Shown one piece after another: positions 8,963-18,694 of a stretch of DNA of 64,000 bases. The first letter of the stretch is position 1. Each line of letters opens with the position of its first letter. The notes below the pieces were generated by a model. That model saw only the letters and a program-made list of their open reading frames with translations, ran no database searches and was not told the DNA's origin. This stretch comes from Candidatus Latescibacterota bacterium (GTDB taxonomy: Bacteria; Latescibacterota; UBA2968; UBA8231), in the NCBI GenBank assembly GCA_965203175.1, contig OZ241867.1, positions 1,376,001-1,440,000 on the forward strand. The letters are read 5' to 3'. Both the position numbers and the translations under genes were made by a program.

Positions 8963-10036
8963 ATGAGCACCCAAAACAAAGCGCGCCTCGGGTTTATCGG
9001 CGCTGGCTGGTGGGCCACCAGCAACCACATGCCCGTTTTTGCCACCCGCGACGACGTCGAGTTGACGGCCGTGTGCCGCTTGGGCCAAGCCGAGCTAGAG
9101 CAGGTGCGGGATCACTTCGGATTCGCGTTTGCCACCGAGGACTACCGAGAGTTATTGGCCGACTGCGAACTCGACGGAATCGTCGTGGCCTCGCCACACC
9201 CCCTGCACTACGAACACGCCCGCGCCGCCTTGGAGGCGGGCCTGCACGTGATGTGCGAAAAACCCCTGACCACCCGCGCTGCCCACGCGCGCGAATTGGT
9301 GCGCCTCGCCGCGGAGCGAGACCGCCACTTGCTCGTGCCCTACGGCTGGCACCACAAGCCTTTTATCCAGCGGGCCAAGGCGCTGATGGACGAACAAGCT
9401 ATCGGCGAGGTCGAGTTCGCGCTCTGCCACATGGCCTCGCCGATCCGCGCCCTGCTGTCGGGGGAGGAGGTGGATGTGTCCGACATTTCTGGGCAGGACA
9501 GTGCTAGCCTTTTCGGCCCCACGCCGTCTACGTGGGCCGATCCCGCCATTGCCGAAGGCGGCTACGCCCACGCGCAAATATCGCACTCCTCGGGGCTGCT
9601 GTTTTGGCTGTCCGGGCTGCGCGCCGAGCGCGTCTTTGCCGCCATGAGCGCGCCCGGGTCCGAGGTTGAGCTGTACGACGCGCTGACGGTGCGCTTTACC
9701 TCGGGGGCCGTGGGCACGGTCAGTGGTGCAGGCACCGTGCCCACAGATCAGACCTTTCAGGTCGATGTGCGCCTGTTTGGCTCGGAGGGTATGCTGCTAG
9801 TCGATTGCGAGCGCGCCCGCATGCACCTGCGCCGCCACGACGGTCAACACGTCGTCGAGGAGGTGGCCGAGGACGCGGGGGCCTACGAGTGCGATGGTCC
9901 GCCGAACAACTTTGCCGACTTGATCTTGGGCAAAACCGACGTCAACTGGACCCCGGGCGAAGCGGCCATGCGCGGGGTGGAAATGCTCGACGCAGCGTAC
10001 CGCTCGGCCGCTTCGGGCCGTGAAGAGCAGGTGTAA
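8963..10036 (+). CDS. Gfo/Idh/MocA family oxidoreductase
   Basis: GFIGAGWW and HVMCEKP; start placed at the ATG after aaggag. Confidence 0.9.
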   Translation: MSTQNKARLGFIGAGWWATSNHMPVFATRDDVELTAVCRLGQAELEQVRDHFGFAFATEDYRELLADCELDGIVVASPHPLHYEHARAALEAGLHVMCEKPLTTRAAHARELVRLAAERDRHLLVPYGWHHKPFIQRAKALMDEQAIGEVEFALCHMASPIRALLSGEEVDVSDISGQDSASLFGPTPSTWADPAIAEGGYAHAQISHSSGLLFWLSGLRAERVFAAMSAPGSEVELYDALTVRFTSGAVGTVSGAGTVPTDQTFQVDVRLFGSEGMLLVDCERARMHLRRHDGQHVVEEVAEDAGAYECDGPPNNFADLILGKTDVNWTPGEAAMRGVEMLDAAYRSAASGREEQV

Positions 10037-10060
10037 CATCGGCCCTGTCCGCTTGCGGTA

Positions 10061-10963
10061 ATGGCCTTTCTGCTCGACGTCATTGCCCCGATTTTCCTGC
10101 TCATCGGCTGTGGCTATCTGTTGGGGCGGCGGCGCTCTGTTGACCCCGCCCCCTTGGCCGATGTGGCCATATACATCTGCCTGCCCTTCTTGCTGTTTTC
10201 GGCACTGGTGCGCCACCCGGTTACCGGCGCGGCGGCCGCTCAAACCTTCGCTTGGCAAGTTGGGATGTACGTGGTCAGCATGCCCATCATTGCGCTCGTT
10301 GCGCGTCTCGCTGGCTGGGACAAACCCACTCGCAGCGCAGTTGCCCTCTCCCTCCCCACGGTCAACATCGCCTCGTATGGCGTCCCTGTAGTGCTCTTCG
10401 CCTTTGGTGATGAGGCCCTGGCGATCGTCATGCTGCTCTTTGTGTACGGCAATGTTACGGCCGCGTCGCTCGGCACGTACATCGCCGCTGGCGGGCGGCA
10501 AAGTCCGCTGCAAGCGTTCAAGAGCATTTTCAGGTTGCCGCTGATTTACACCGCGGTCTTGGCCTTGGCCGTCAATGCCCTCGCCGTACCGATCCCGGCC
10601 TCTGTCCTCGACGCGGCCGATCTGATCGGCAAAGCCGGCCCGATCCTCGCGATCATCCTCCTCGGAGTCCAAGTCTCGCACATCCCCATCCGCGGCCGCA
10701 ATTCAGCCGCCCTGTACGGCGGCATTGGCGCCAAGGTCCTGTTGGGGCCAGCGATTGGCATCGGCCTGACGCTGCTCATCGGCGCGCAGGGCGCGGTGCG
10801 CGACGTGCTGTTGCTGTGCTCTTGCCTGCCTACGGCCATCAGCGCCCTCATCCTCACGGTGCGCTTTGACGCGCGTCCCGATCTGCTCGGCGGCATTCTC
10901 ATTGGCTCGACTTTGTGGAGCCCGCTTGGGCTGTCGATTCTGCTCTATTGGATCGGCCCTTAG
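10061..10963 (+). CDS. AEC (auxin efflux carrier) family transporter
   Basis: Multi-TM; NIASYGVP and LPTA motifs. Confidence 0.85.
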   Translation: MAFLLDVIAPIFLLIGCGYLLGRRRSVDPAPLADVAIYICLPFLLFSALVRHPVTGAAAAQTFAWQVGMYVVSMPIIALVARLAGWDKPTRSAVALSLPTVNIASYGVPVVLFAFGDEALAIVMLLFVYGNVTAASLGTYIAAGGRQSPLQAFKSIFRLPLIYTAVLALAVNALAVPIPASVLDAADLIGKAGPILAIILLGVQVSHIPIRGRNSAALYGGIGAKVLLGPAIGIGLTLLIGAQGAVRDVLLLCSCLPTAISALILTVRFDARPDLLGGILIGSTLWSPLGLSILLYWIGP

Positions 10964-11287
10964 CCTGAGATTGATGTAGCCTCATTTCGCGTTTTCTAAA
11001 AATTTTCACATCCCCTTGACACTGTTTTACGCCCCCTCGTAACTAGAGCTTATAGGGCAAACGACAGACTCCACGACGCTTTCAAAAGCGCCCACAGGAG
11101 AATGAAAATGATAGGTGTACATCGCTTCGACATGCGCGGGACGCTGCGCATAGACGCCGGGGAAAATCTATATGGTGGGTGCACCTATCTAGCTGCCGAT
11201 GTGCAGCTCGAAAACACCCTATTCGCGCCGAGAGGAAGGGGCTGTGTCCCCGACTGAAGCTCGCCTTTGCGAGAAGCTCAACGTGGC

Positions 11288-11332
11288 AAGAGGCCGTGGC
11301 GCGAAAAACAACGCGCTGCGGCCTCTTTTTTT
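11288..11332 (+). terminator. Rho-independent terminator
   Basis: aagaggccgtggcgcg...cgcgctgcggcctctt followed by a T-tract. Confidence 0.75.
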
Positions 11333-11365
11333 GTGAAAAATGCTTGACATTGTATCAGGTTTATA

Positions 11366-11381
11366 CTGAACTTTTGTTCAG
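11366..11381. promoter_or_regulatory. Palindromic operator containing GAAC-N4-GTTC (LexA box-like) next to TTGACA and TATACT hexamers
   Basis: ctgaacttttgttcag; ttgaca 11344-11349 and tatact 11362-11367 are only 12 bp apart, so the promoter geometry is uncertain. Confidence 0.4.
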
Positions 11382-11636
11382 GTAAAAAGAGTAATAAACG
11401 GAACCGTAAAAATGAAAACCAACGAGAAAACACGACACTTCAACACCGCCCACGGCGGTGCCAAGATGCGCGTTGTGACCAGGGCCGGCCGGGTCATCGA
11501 CGCGCGACCGCGCTTCGCCGCTTTGCGGCGCGGCTTAGACAGCGGGGCGTTGCCGCCCACCCCGGGCGGACGGCAGCGGGTCTGCGCGACATTCACCAAG
11601 CCAACCAAGGACCTCATCGCAAGGAGCAACCACACT

Positions 11637-11729
11637 ATGCGACGCGAGATCATCAACCAAGGACTGATGTACGTACTCATCAGCCTCTTTGTATTCGCGA
11701 TGATGCCGCTCCTGCGCTTCCTAAGCTAA
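11637..11729 (+). CDS. Small 30-aa hydrophobic peptide (or the C-terminus of the 105-aa ORF starting at 11412)
   Basis: aaggag upstream of the ATG; MRREIINQGLMYVLISLFVFAMMPLLRFLS has one TM-like segment. Confidence 0.5.
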   Translation: MRREIINQGLMYVLISLFVFAMMPLLRFLS

Positions 11730-11833
11730 TGGCTCTTTGACGCGCAGCGGCATTGCGAAACGGCCTGGGGCAGCGGCGGCGACCGCTGCCCCAGGGATAT
11801 CAACCCCCTCGACTTTAGGACACAGAAAACAAC

Positions 11834-14341
11834 ATGCAAAGCTACAAGACAAATAACATGCAAAACCGCAAGACAAACGTGTGCTATCGGCTGCTCAACT
11901 GGCTGTATTGCTTGGCATCGGTGGCCTGTGCAGTCCTCGGCCCTCGCGGTCTGCACGCTCACCAAGCGCCCGACCGCGCGCTCGACGCCGTGCGTATAGA
12001 GGGCACCGGCCCGCAGATCGACGGCGTGCTCGACGACTCGGTGTGGCAGCAGGCCCCGATTTTTACGGGTTTTGTCCAGCGCGAGCCAGAGGAAGGGCAG
12101 CCGGCGAGCGAAAAGACCACCGTACAGTTGGCGTACGACGACGAGGCGCTCTACGTGGGGATCACGGCCTACGATTCGGCTCCCGAGCAGATCGTCTCGC
12201 GCTTGGTGCGCCGCGACCAGTGGACCGAAGCCGATTGGATCCAAGTTAGCTTAGACACGCATCACGACCACCAGACAGGCTATGCCTTTGCGGTGTATGC
12301 TGGTGGATCGATCTACGACGCTGTAATCAAGGATTATGGTTGGGACAACGACACCTGGAACGGCGTGTGGGAATCCGCGCATACTATCGGTGCAGAGGGA
12401 TGGAGCGTGGAGTTTGCCATCCCGTTCCACAACCTCCGCTTTAGCAGCGGCGGGGACTGGGGTATCAACATCGCCCGCTACATCAGCCGCAAGAAGGAAC
12501 AGGCCTTCTGGGTCATGGTTCCGCGCAAGGAAAGCGGCTCGGTCTCGCGCTTTGCCCACCTAGAGGGCTTAGCGGACATCGAATCTACGCGTGCGCTGGA
12601 GCTTTTGCCCTATTCGGTGGGCCGCTCCACTGTGGCGGATGCGCGCGAATTATTCGGCAGTGCTGGCGCAGACTTGCGCTACGGACTGTCGTCGAATATT
12701 TCGCTCAACGCCACGATTAACCCGGATTTTGGCCAAGTGGAGGCCGACCCGGCCGAGCTCAACCTCTCGGTCTTTGAGACGTTCCAGGATGAGCGCCGCC
12801 CCTTCTTCGTGGAGGATGGCGAGGCGTTCGACACGCCAATCGACCTGTTCTACTCGCGGCGCATCGGCCGCCAGCCCGGCTATCACTCGCTGCCCGACGG
12901 CTACGACGCCCTCAACGAGAGTGAGTCCACCACCATTCTGGGCGCAGCCAAGCTGACGGGCAAGACCGCATCCAAGACCACTTTTGGCCTGCTGACGGCG
13001 CTTACCGCCAAAGAGTACGCGCGCGTTGAAACGATTCACTCGCCGCCTTCAGGCGGTGCGACGACCATGGTGCGCGAGGTGTCCGGCGAGGAGTACCAAG
13101 AGCGCAGCGACTTTCTCGTCGAGCCGCGCACCCACTTTCTCGTCGGCCGCGTCAAGCAGGATCTATTTGCTGGCAACTCGCACGTCGGCCTCTTGGGCAC
13201 GGCCGTGCAGCGCGACCGGGCTCGGAATGCCTATACCGGCGGCGTGGATTGGACTCTCAAGTGGCGCGACAACGGATACACCTTTTGGGGCCAGCTCGCC
13301 GGCAGCCGCGCCACAGTGGAGGACCAGCGCCGCAGCGGTTTGGGCAATATGGCGGTTTTGAGTAAGAACAGCGGCTGGTTGCGCGGCGAGCTTTGGTGGG
13401 AGGCCTATTCACGGCATTTCGAGATCGACGACTTGGGCTTCCAATGGCGCAGCGACTTCTACAACCCTTGGCTCTGGATCCAACTGCGTAAGGAAGAGGA
13501 CTGGGCCATCTTTCGCCGCAATTTCTACAACTTCAACCGCTGGGGCACGTGGAACTTCGACCGCACCAATCTGCAAAACGGCTTTGACTTCAACACCCAC
13601 CACCAGCTCAAAAACTACTGGTGGATCCACTTCGACTACTACCACATGTGGCGGGCCTTCGACGATCTCGACACCCGCGGCGGCCCCCTAATTGTGAGGC
13701 CGGCAAGCGATGGCTTTGAGATTGAACTGGAAAGCGACGATCGCTTTATGGTCAGCGGCTGGGTCGAGTACGAGTGGGACGGCAACTCGGCTGGTAGCTC
13801 CCACCGCGAGGTCTCCGGCAGCATCCGCATCCGGCCGACCTCGCGGTTCGAGATCAGTCTCCGGCCGCGCTATAGTTGGGGTTTCAACGATGCTCAATGG
13901 GTCGAAAACTTCGATGCGAACGCCGACGGAGAAGACGATCAATTCGTGTATGGGGAGTTAGACAGCCAAACCCTCGATCTGACGACGCGGGCCAACATCC
14001 TCTTCAGCCGCGACTTGAGTTTGGAGCTCTATGTCCAGCCTTTTATTAGCGCGGGCCAGTACTCCAACTTCAAGGAGCTGGCCCAGCCGCGCTCCTACTC
14101 GTTTGTCGCGCATCCCGGCCCAGAGGAAAGCCCTGATTTTCGCAACCGCTCGCTGCACAGCAACGCCGTCCTGCGCTGGGAGTACAAACCGGGCAGCACC
14201 CTTTTCGTCGTCTGGTCGCAGTTCCGCCACGACGACTCCGACTTGGGCGCGTTTCGCCCCGGGTACAACCTGCGGCACAGCTTTGTGGACGAGGGAACCA
14301 ACATCTTCTTGGTGAAGCTCAACTATTGGTTGAACATTTAG
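11834..14341 (+). CDS. DUF5916 protein with N-terminal CBM9-like domain (outer-membrane barrel-like)
   Basis: IDGVLDDSVW, WSVEFAIPF, NPDFGQVEAD, ERRPFF, FYSRRIG, C-terminal KLNYW; start codon uncertain. Confidence 0.85.
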   Translation: MQSYKTNNMQNRKTNVCYRLLNWLYCLASVACAVLGPRGLHAHQAPDRALDAVRIEGTGPQIDGVLDDSVWQQAPIFTGFVQREPEEGQPASEKTTVQLAYDDEALYVGITAYDSAPEQIVSRLVRRDQWTEADWIQVSLDTHHDHQTGYAFAVYAGGSIYDAVIKDYGWDNDTWNGVWESAHTIGAEGWSVEFAIPFHNLRFSSGGDWGINIARYISRKKEQAFWVMVPRKESGSVSRFAHLEGLADIESTRALELLPYSVGRSTVADARELFGSAGADLRYGLSSNISLNATINPDFGQVEADPAELNLSVFETFQDERRPFFVEDGEAFDTPIDLFYSRRIGRQPGYHSLPDGYDALNESESTTILGAAKLTGKTASKTTFGLLTALTAKEYARVETIHSPPSGGATTMVREVSGEEYQERSDFLVEPRTHFLVGRVKQDLFAGNSHVGLLGTAVQRDRARNAYTGGVDWTLKWRDNGYTFWGQLAGSRATVEDQRRSGLGNMAVLSKNSGWLRGELWWEAYSRHFEIDDLGFQWRSDFYNPWLWIQLRKEEDWAIFRRNFYNFNRWGTWNFDRTNLQNGFDFNTHHQLKNYWWIHFDYYHMWRAFDDLDTRGGPLIVRPASDGFEIELESDDRFMVSGWVEYEWDGNSAGSSHREVSGSIRIRPTSRFEISLRPRYSWGFNDAQWVENFDANADGEDDQFVYGELDSQTLDLTTRANILFSRDLSLELYVQPFISAGQYSNFKELAQPRSYSFVAHPGPEESPDFRNRSLHSNAVLRWEYKPGSTLFVVWSQFRHDDSDLGAFRPGYNLRHSFVDEGTNIFLVKLNYWLNI

Positions 14342-14376
14342 GGCGCAGGATGTGCATACCGCTGACATCTGGTGCT

Positions 14377-14455
14377 TGTCATGCTGAGGGAGCCGATGGG
14401 CGGACGAAGCATCTTTTACCTAGGTAGGAGATGCTTCGCTCCGCTCAGCATGACA
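14377..14455. repeat. Nested palindromic intergenic repeat (MITE/REP-like) between convergent genes
   Basis: tgtcatgctgag...cgaagcatct...agatgcttcg...ctcagcatgaca. Confidence 0.75.
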
Positions 14456-14459
14456 GAGC

Positions 14460-15539
14460 CTATTCTTCCAAGAAGCTCCACAGCGCGTCGAAGCGCGCTC
14501 CTTCAATCGGCTCTCGCAGCACCGAGTTGACGCCTCTTTCCGCCATGTAGTGTGGTGTAAACGACAGCCCCTTTTGCAACGCCGTGCGCTCCAGTCCCAT
14601 TTGCTTGGGCCGCCAGCGCACCTGACAGCGGTCCAGCCGCTTTGCCAACCCCGCCGTATCCCCCGCGCAGCACCAAGTGATGATCATCGCCCCCAAAGCC
14701 ACTAGCTCGCCGTGGATCCAGGTCCGTCGGTTGGCCGTCTCCAATGCGATCCAGAACGGATGGTCGCCGCTTTCCGTAGGGGCGTTTAGCTGCTGGCTAT
14801 CGCGCTCCTTAATCCGCTGCGCGATGTTGGCCGCGCTCGCCTCGGTCATGCGCCCGTTGGAATCCAACGTTGCGGCAAAAGAACTGGCGATTGATTCGTG
14901 ATGGGTCACCTGCTGTGCCGCCAGCGCCAGGTCGAACGCTGCCCCTTGTCCCAACGCCGCCCGCCGCTGCCACTCCTCTAACCCGGCATGGCCGCAGAGG
15001 ATGTCGCCTAGCCCAGCGGTGTGCAAGTAATCTGGTGCCTTGAGGACCACATCGACATCCACGAGCACGTATTGGCAATCCACCCACGGCCAGTCGTCCA
15101 AATCGCCCACGGTCTGATAGCCGTCCCACCGCGCCACGTGGCTGTGGATGATCGCCCCGGAAGAGAGAATTGTCGGTGCCAAGATCAGTTCGGCGTCCTT
15201 GTCCAAGGCCACGAACTTAGAAGCATCTAGGGCCTTGCCGCCGCCTAGACCGATGACCAACTCGATCCCGGCTGGCAGCTGGTCGCTGAGATCCTGCTGA
15301 TGCGCCGAGTCCAGCCACTCGGCAAAAACTACGCCCTCTGGCTCGCGCCCAAGGTATTCTTGGGCGGCTGCGTACGCGCTGGGTGTGGTGACAATCGCAT
15401 ATGCTGGCCAACGGACGCTTTCTCGTTGCAACAAGCCACGGGCGACGCGCATGTCGTATTCAGCAGCCGGTTTGCACTGGCGGCCCATGGACCAGCCTCG
15501 ATTGGTTTTAGGCATCTGCTCTCTTTCCCGTCTAGGCAA
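14460..15539 (-). CDS. Iron-containing alcohol dehydrogenase / glycerol-1-phosphate dehydrogenase-like protein
   Basis: GLGGGKALDASK, PTILS, AGLGD, HGELVALG; true start probably 15515 or 15488. Confidence 0.8.
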   Translation of the reverse strand: MPRREREQMPKTNRGWSMGRQCKPAAEYDMRVARGLLQRESVRWPAYAIVTTPSAYAAAQEYLGREPEGVVFAEWLDSAHQQDLSDQLPAGIELVIGLGGGKALDASKFVALDKDAELILAPTILSSGAIIHSHVARWDGYQTVGDLDDWPWVDCQYVLVDVDVVLKAPDYLHTAGLGDILCGHAGLEEWQRRAALGQGAAFDLALAAQQVTHHESIASSFAATLDSNGRMTEASAANIAQRIKERDSQQLNAPTESGDHPFWIALETANRRTWIHGELVALGAMIITWCCAGDTAGLAKRLDRCQVRWRPKQMGLERTALQKGLSFTPHYMAERGVNSVLREPIEGARFDALWSFLEE

Positions 15540-15627
15540 AGCAAACTATTGCGTCTGTTATTGTGATTGCACAACAATATACAAGTCCTTTTTTCGCTGC
15601 CAACGCATCTTTCCGAGTGCAAAACCT

Positions 15628-16542
15628 ATGTCCACTGCCCACATCGCCCGCGCGCTCTCCGCAATGGACGAGCCTTTTGTACGCTACAAGATCCGCCTCA
15701 ATGTCTCGGCTCGCCCGCCCAGCGAGCGCGAGATTCGCATTCTCCGCGACGAGATCCGCGAATCGGTTTTGGTCCGTACTCTGTTGGCCGAGTTGGATGC
15801 TACAGGCCGCATTCCCCTCCCGCCGATTCACCGCTGGCGCGGTGCCCATTGGGTGCTCTACATGCTGGCCGACCTAGGCTCTGCGTCTGGTGACCGGAGC
15901 CTCTGGGCCTTGCGCGATCAAGCGTGCGAGTGGCTTTTGGACCCCGACCGCCCCGAGCCCATCTGCGGCGCAATTGAGGGCAACGCGCTGTACTATTTGC
16001 TTTTCCTCGAGATCGACAATGGCCGCGCCGACGCCTTGGCCCAGCGCCTCGTGGGCAGTTTGCCCAAGGCGTTGGGCCGCAGTCCCGCTGCCTTCGGCCA
16101 AGCGCTCACCGCCCTGCGCGGCCTCGCCCTGCATGCTCGCCTCTGCGCCGACAAAGCCTCTGGCGAGGCCGCCGATCGGCTCACCGAGCACTTGCTCGCC
16201 CACCGCCTCTACCAAAAGCCCGATGGCAACCCCTTGAGCGCGGACGGTGCCTCGTTGCACTACCCCTGCTACGAGCACTGCGACTTTCTCTTTGCTCTCA
16301 AGGTCATGGTCGAAGCCGGCCATCTGGCCGATGCGCGCTGCCGCGATGCGCTCGATCTGCTCAAGTCGAAGCAACTCGCCGATGGCGCGTTCCCGGCCGA
16401 GCGCAAACACTACCGAGTCGGGCGCGTCGGCAAGGGCGACGATTCGCTCGTCGATTGGGGCCGTCCCAACCGCAGCCGGCCCAACCTCCACGTCACCTGC
16501 GATGCGCTCGGCGTGCTCCACGCTGCGGGCGAGCGGTTTTGA
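15628..16542 (+). CDS. Hypothetical protein with prenyltransferase/squalene-oxidase-like repeat
   Basis: WRGAHWVL, HYPCY, LLKSKQLADGAFP. Confidence 0.65.
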   Translation: MSTAHIARALSAMDEPFVRYKIRLNVSARPPSEREIRILRDEIRESVLVRTLLAELDATGRIPLPPIHRWRGAHWVLYMLADLGSASGDRSLWALRDQACEWLLDPDRPEPICGAIEGNALYYLLFLEIDNGRADALAQRLVGSLPKALGRSPAAFGQALTALRGLALHARLCADKASGEAADRLTEHLLAHRLYQKPDGNPLSADGASLHYPCYEHCDFLFALKVMVEAGHLADARCRDALDLLKSKQLADGAFPAERKHYRVGRVGKGDDSLVDWGRPNRSRPNLHVTCDALGVLHAAGERF

Positions 16543-16602
16543 GTGCCAACTCAAAATGTCGATATTGTGCCATATCACTCCCCGCTTCACAGGTTTGCTG
16601 CC

Positions 16603-17559
16603 ATGCGCTCTCTACTGTTGTTCTTCGCCCTCGTTTTTGCGGGCTGCTATGCGGCCTCGCTCGCGCCCGATCCCTTGGGCCACTTTGCCGCGCGCACCGA
16701 CCACCTCCACCGCCTAGAGCCGCTCGGCGAGCGCATCTTGCACGGAGCTGCGCTCAGCTATGGGCCGCTCGACCACGAAGAACGCACGCGTCCGCTTTTC
16801 TATGCCGTGTACTACGAGCTCCACGATCTGCCCTACGACTGGCATTTGGCGTTGCTCGCGAATCTGGACCAGCACGTAGGGTACGGCCTACCCCAAATTG
16901 ACCTTGGTTTCAACTCCGCCGGCCAACCCTACGAGGCGGCCATTGCCGATGGTCAGCTCGACGAGGCGATTGAGCAGCTCTGCTGGGGGTTGCAGCAGCT
17001 AGAGCGCCCGGTTTTGCTGCGGTTAGGCTATGCGTTCAATAGCTCTTGGCGCGCCTATGACGCGACGAGTTACACCGAGGCTTGGCGACGGATAGCGCAA
17101 ACGCTGCGGGGCCGCTGGGGTTTGGACCACGTGGCGCTGGTATGGACGCAGAAGGAAGACGGCGGTCCCGATTACTTGGCCTACTATCCGGGGGATGAGT
17201 ACGTCGATTGGTGGTCGATTGACGTGGCTGCGCCGCAAGATCTGCGCCGCAGCCGCGCCTTTATCGAGGCGGCGCAGGAGCGCGGCTACCCCGTGCTGGT
17301 TGGCGTGGTCACGCCGGTTACTACCGATCTGAGCCAGGCCGAGCAGGCGTGGCCCCATTGGTTCATCCCCTTCCTCCGCTTCTTGCGCCACCATCCCAAC
17401 ATCAAGGCATTTACTTATATAGATTGGGACTGGTCGCAGGCGGAGCGCTTTGTCGATCCCATACTCTTCGCGCGCTATCGCAGCGAGCTGATGAATCCGA
17501 TTTACCTACACGCGGCCTCGCCCGGCGAGTTGCGCTGGAACCTAAACCTCGATCCCTAG
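16603..17559 (+). CDS. GH26-like TIM-barrel lipoprotein, apparently non-catalytic
   Basis: Lipobox FAGC; PVLLRLGYAFN, YYPGDEYVDWWSID, HPNIKAFTYIDWDW. Confidence 0.75.
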   Translation: MRSLLLFFALVFAGCYAASLAPDPLGHFAARTDHLHRLEPLGERILHGAALSYGPLDHEERTRPLFYAVYYELHDLPYDWHLALLANLDQHVGYGLPQIDLGFNSAGQPYEAAIADGQLDEAIEQLCWGLQQLERPVLLRLGYAFNSSWRAYDATSYTEAWRRIAQTLRGRWGLDHVALVWTQKEDGGPDYLAYYPGDEYVDWWSIDVAAPQDLRRSRAFIEAAQERGYPVLVGVVTPVTTDLSQAEQAWPHWFIPFLRFLRHHPNIKAFTYIDWDWSQAERFVDPILFARYRSELMNPIYLHAASPGELRWNLNLDP

Positions 17560-17579
17560 CTAGAGAAAGGATGTAGCAG

Positions 17580-18458
17580 ATGGATAAAGTTGATGTGCAC
17601 GTTCACGTCTTTGACCTGCCGAGCGAGCGGTTTCCCCGCGAGCTGAGCAGCCTCGCACCGGCTGACCGCGCCTGTCCGATTGAGGCGCTGATAGCCGACA
17701 TGGATGCTTCGGGCATCGACCGCGCCGTGTTGATCGAAATGAACGGCATCCAAATCGAGCAGCACGCTTACGTCACGCACTGCGTGCAGACGTGGCCTAA
17801 CCGTTTTACGGCGACGGGCTTGATTGACATGAACGATCCGGACCCGCCCGCTCGCCTGCGCGAGCTCGTCGCCGCCACTGGCATTGAGGGGATCCGGCTG
17901 GGGGCGTTGGGCGACCCGGCCGCCCAGCGGGCCGAGGACCTGGCGACCTACGCGGTCTTTGAGTGTGCGGACGAGTTGGGGCTCAACATCAATATCTACA
18001 CCGGCGGTGCTCAGTTCCCCTGCATCGAACTGTTGGCCGCGGCTTTTCCCGGGGTGAACATTTCCCTCGACCACTTAGGCGTGATGCCAACCACGCCCAA
18101 CGAGCCGGACCGGTGGGGCCGTCCCCGCTTTGGAGCCGAGCCGTTGCCGCCGGCCAATTATCCGCAAGTGATGGCGCTGTCTCGCTTTCCCAATGTCTAT
18201 GTCAAAATTTCGGGGGAGTACGCGTTTTCCAAGGTGCCTTGGCCCTATGGGGATATGCAGTCCATGGTCGAGGATGTGTATCGGGCCTATGGCGCGGATC
18301 GGATGATGTGGTGTACGGATTCGCCGTGGATTGTGGTGGAGCCGGGCTATCAGAAACTGGTGGATTTGCTCGACTGCCATTTGCCGAATATTTCCGCGGC
18401 GGAGAAGGAGATGATTATGGGTGGGACGGCGATGAAGTTGTGGTTTAAGGGGCGGTAG
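17580..18458 (+). CDS. Amidohydrolase_2 family protein (sugar lactonase-like)
   Basis: DVHVH, LDHLG, PNVYVKISG, MMWCTDSP. Confidence 0.9.
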   Translation: MDKVDVHVHVFDLPSERFPRELSSLAPADRACPIEALIADMDASGIDRAVLIEMNGIQIEQHAYVTHCVQTWPNRFTATGLIDMNDPDPPARLRELVAATGIEGIRLGALGDPAAQRAEDLATYAVFECADELGLNINIYTGGAQFPCIELLAAAFPGVNISLDHLGVMPTTPNEPDRWGRPRFGAEPLPPANYPQVMALSRFPNVYVKISGEYAFSKVPWPYGDMQSMVEDVYRAYGADRMMWCTDSPWIVVEPGYQKLVDLLDCHLPNISAAEKEMIMGGTAMKLWFKGR

Positions 18459-18472
18459 CAGATGGAGCTAAA

Positions 18473-18570
18473 GATAGATTGAGGAGCAGTGCGATGAAAC
18501 GAGCGGAGCTGTTGCCCGTTTCTGGCAGCGGCCTGTGCGATTTGAGCCGGACGCGTCTGGTGGATTACCT
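18473..18570 (+). repeat. 98-bp direct repeat of 19358-19455
   Basis: gatagattg...gatttgagccggacgcg...tacct, near-identical in both copies. Confidence 0.85.
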
Positions 18571-18661
18571 CACCCTTCTGACTATCGACAATCCCGAAGA
18601 GTGCCGCTTTTACGAGGTTGAGGCTGAGGCCGCCAAGGTTCAGTATCTTTAGAAGAGTGAT
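18571..18661 (+). repeat. 91-bp DUF1016/YhcG-derived fragment, repeated at 23884-23974 and partly at 23719-23752
   Basis: Encodes TLLTIDNPEExRFYExEA in each full copy. Confidence 0.85.
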
Positions 18662-18694
18662 CGTGGTCGCCTGTAATTGCAAAGGAGAAATAAA

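Noticed and set aside
11053-11095. c-di-GMP-I riboswitch suggested by gggcaaac...gacgc
   Set aside because: The GNRA-capped P2 stem and the GCAAAG junction are not present.
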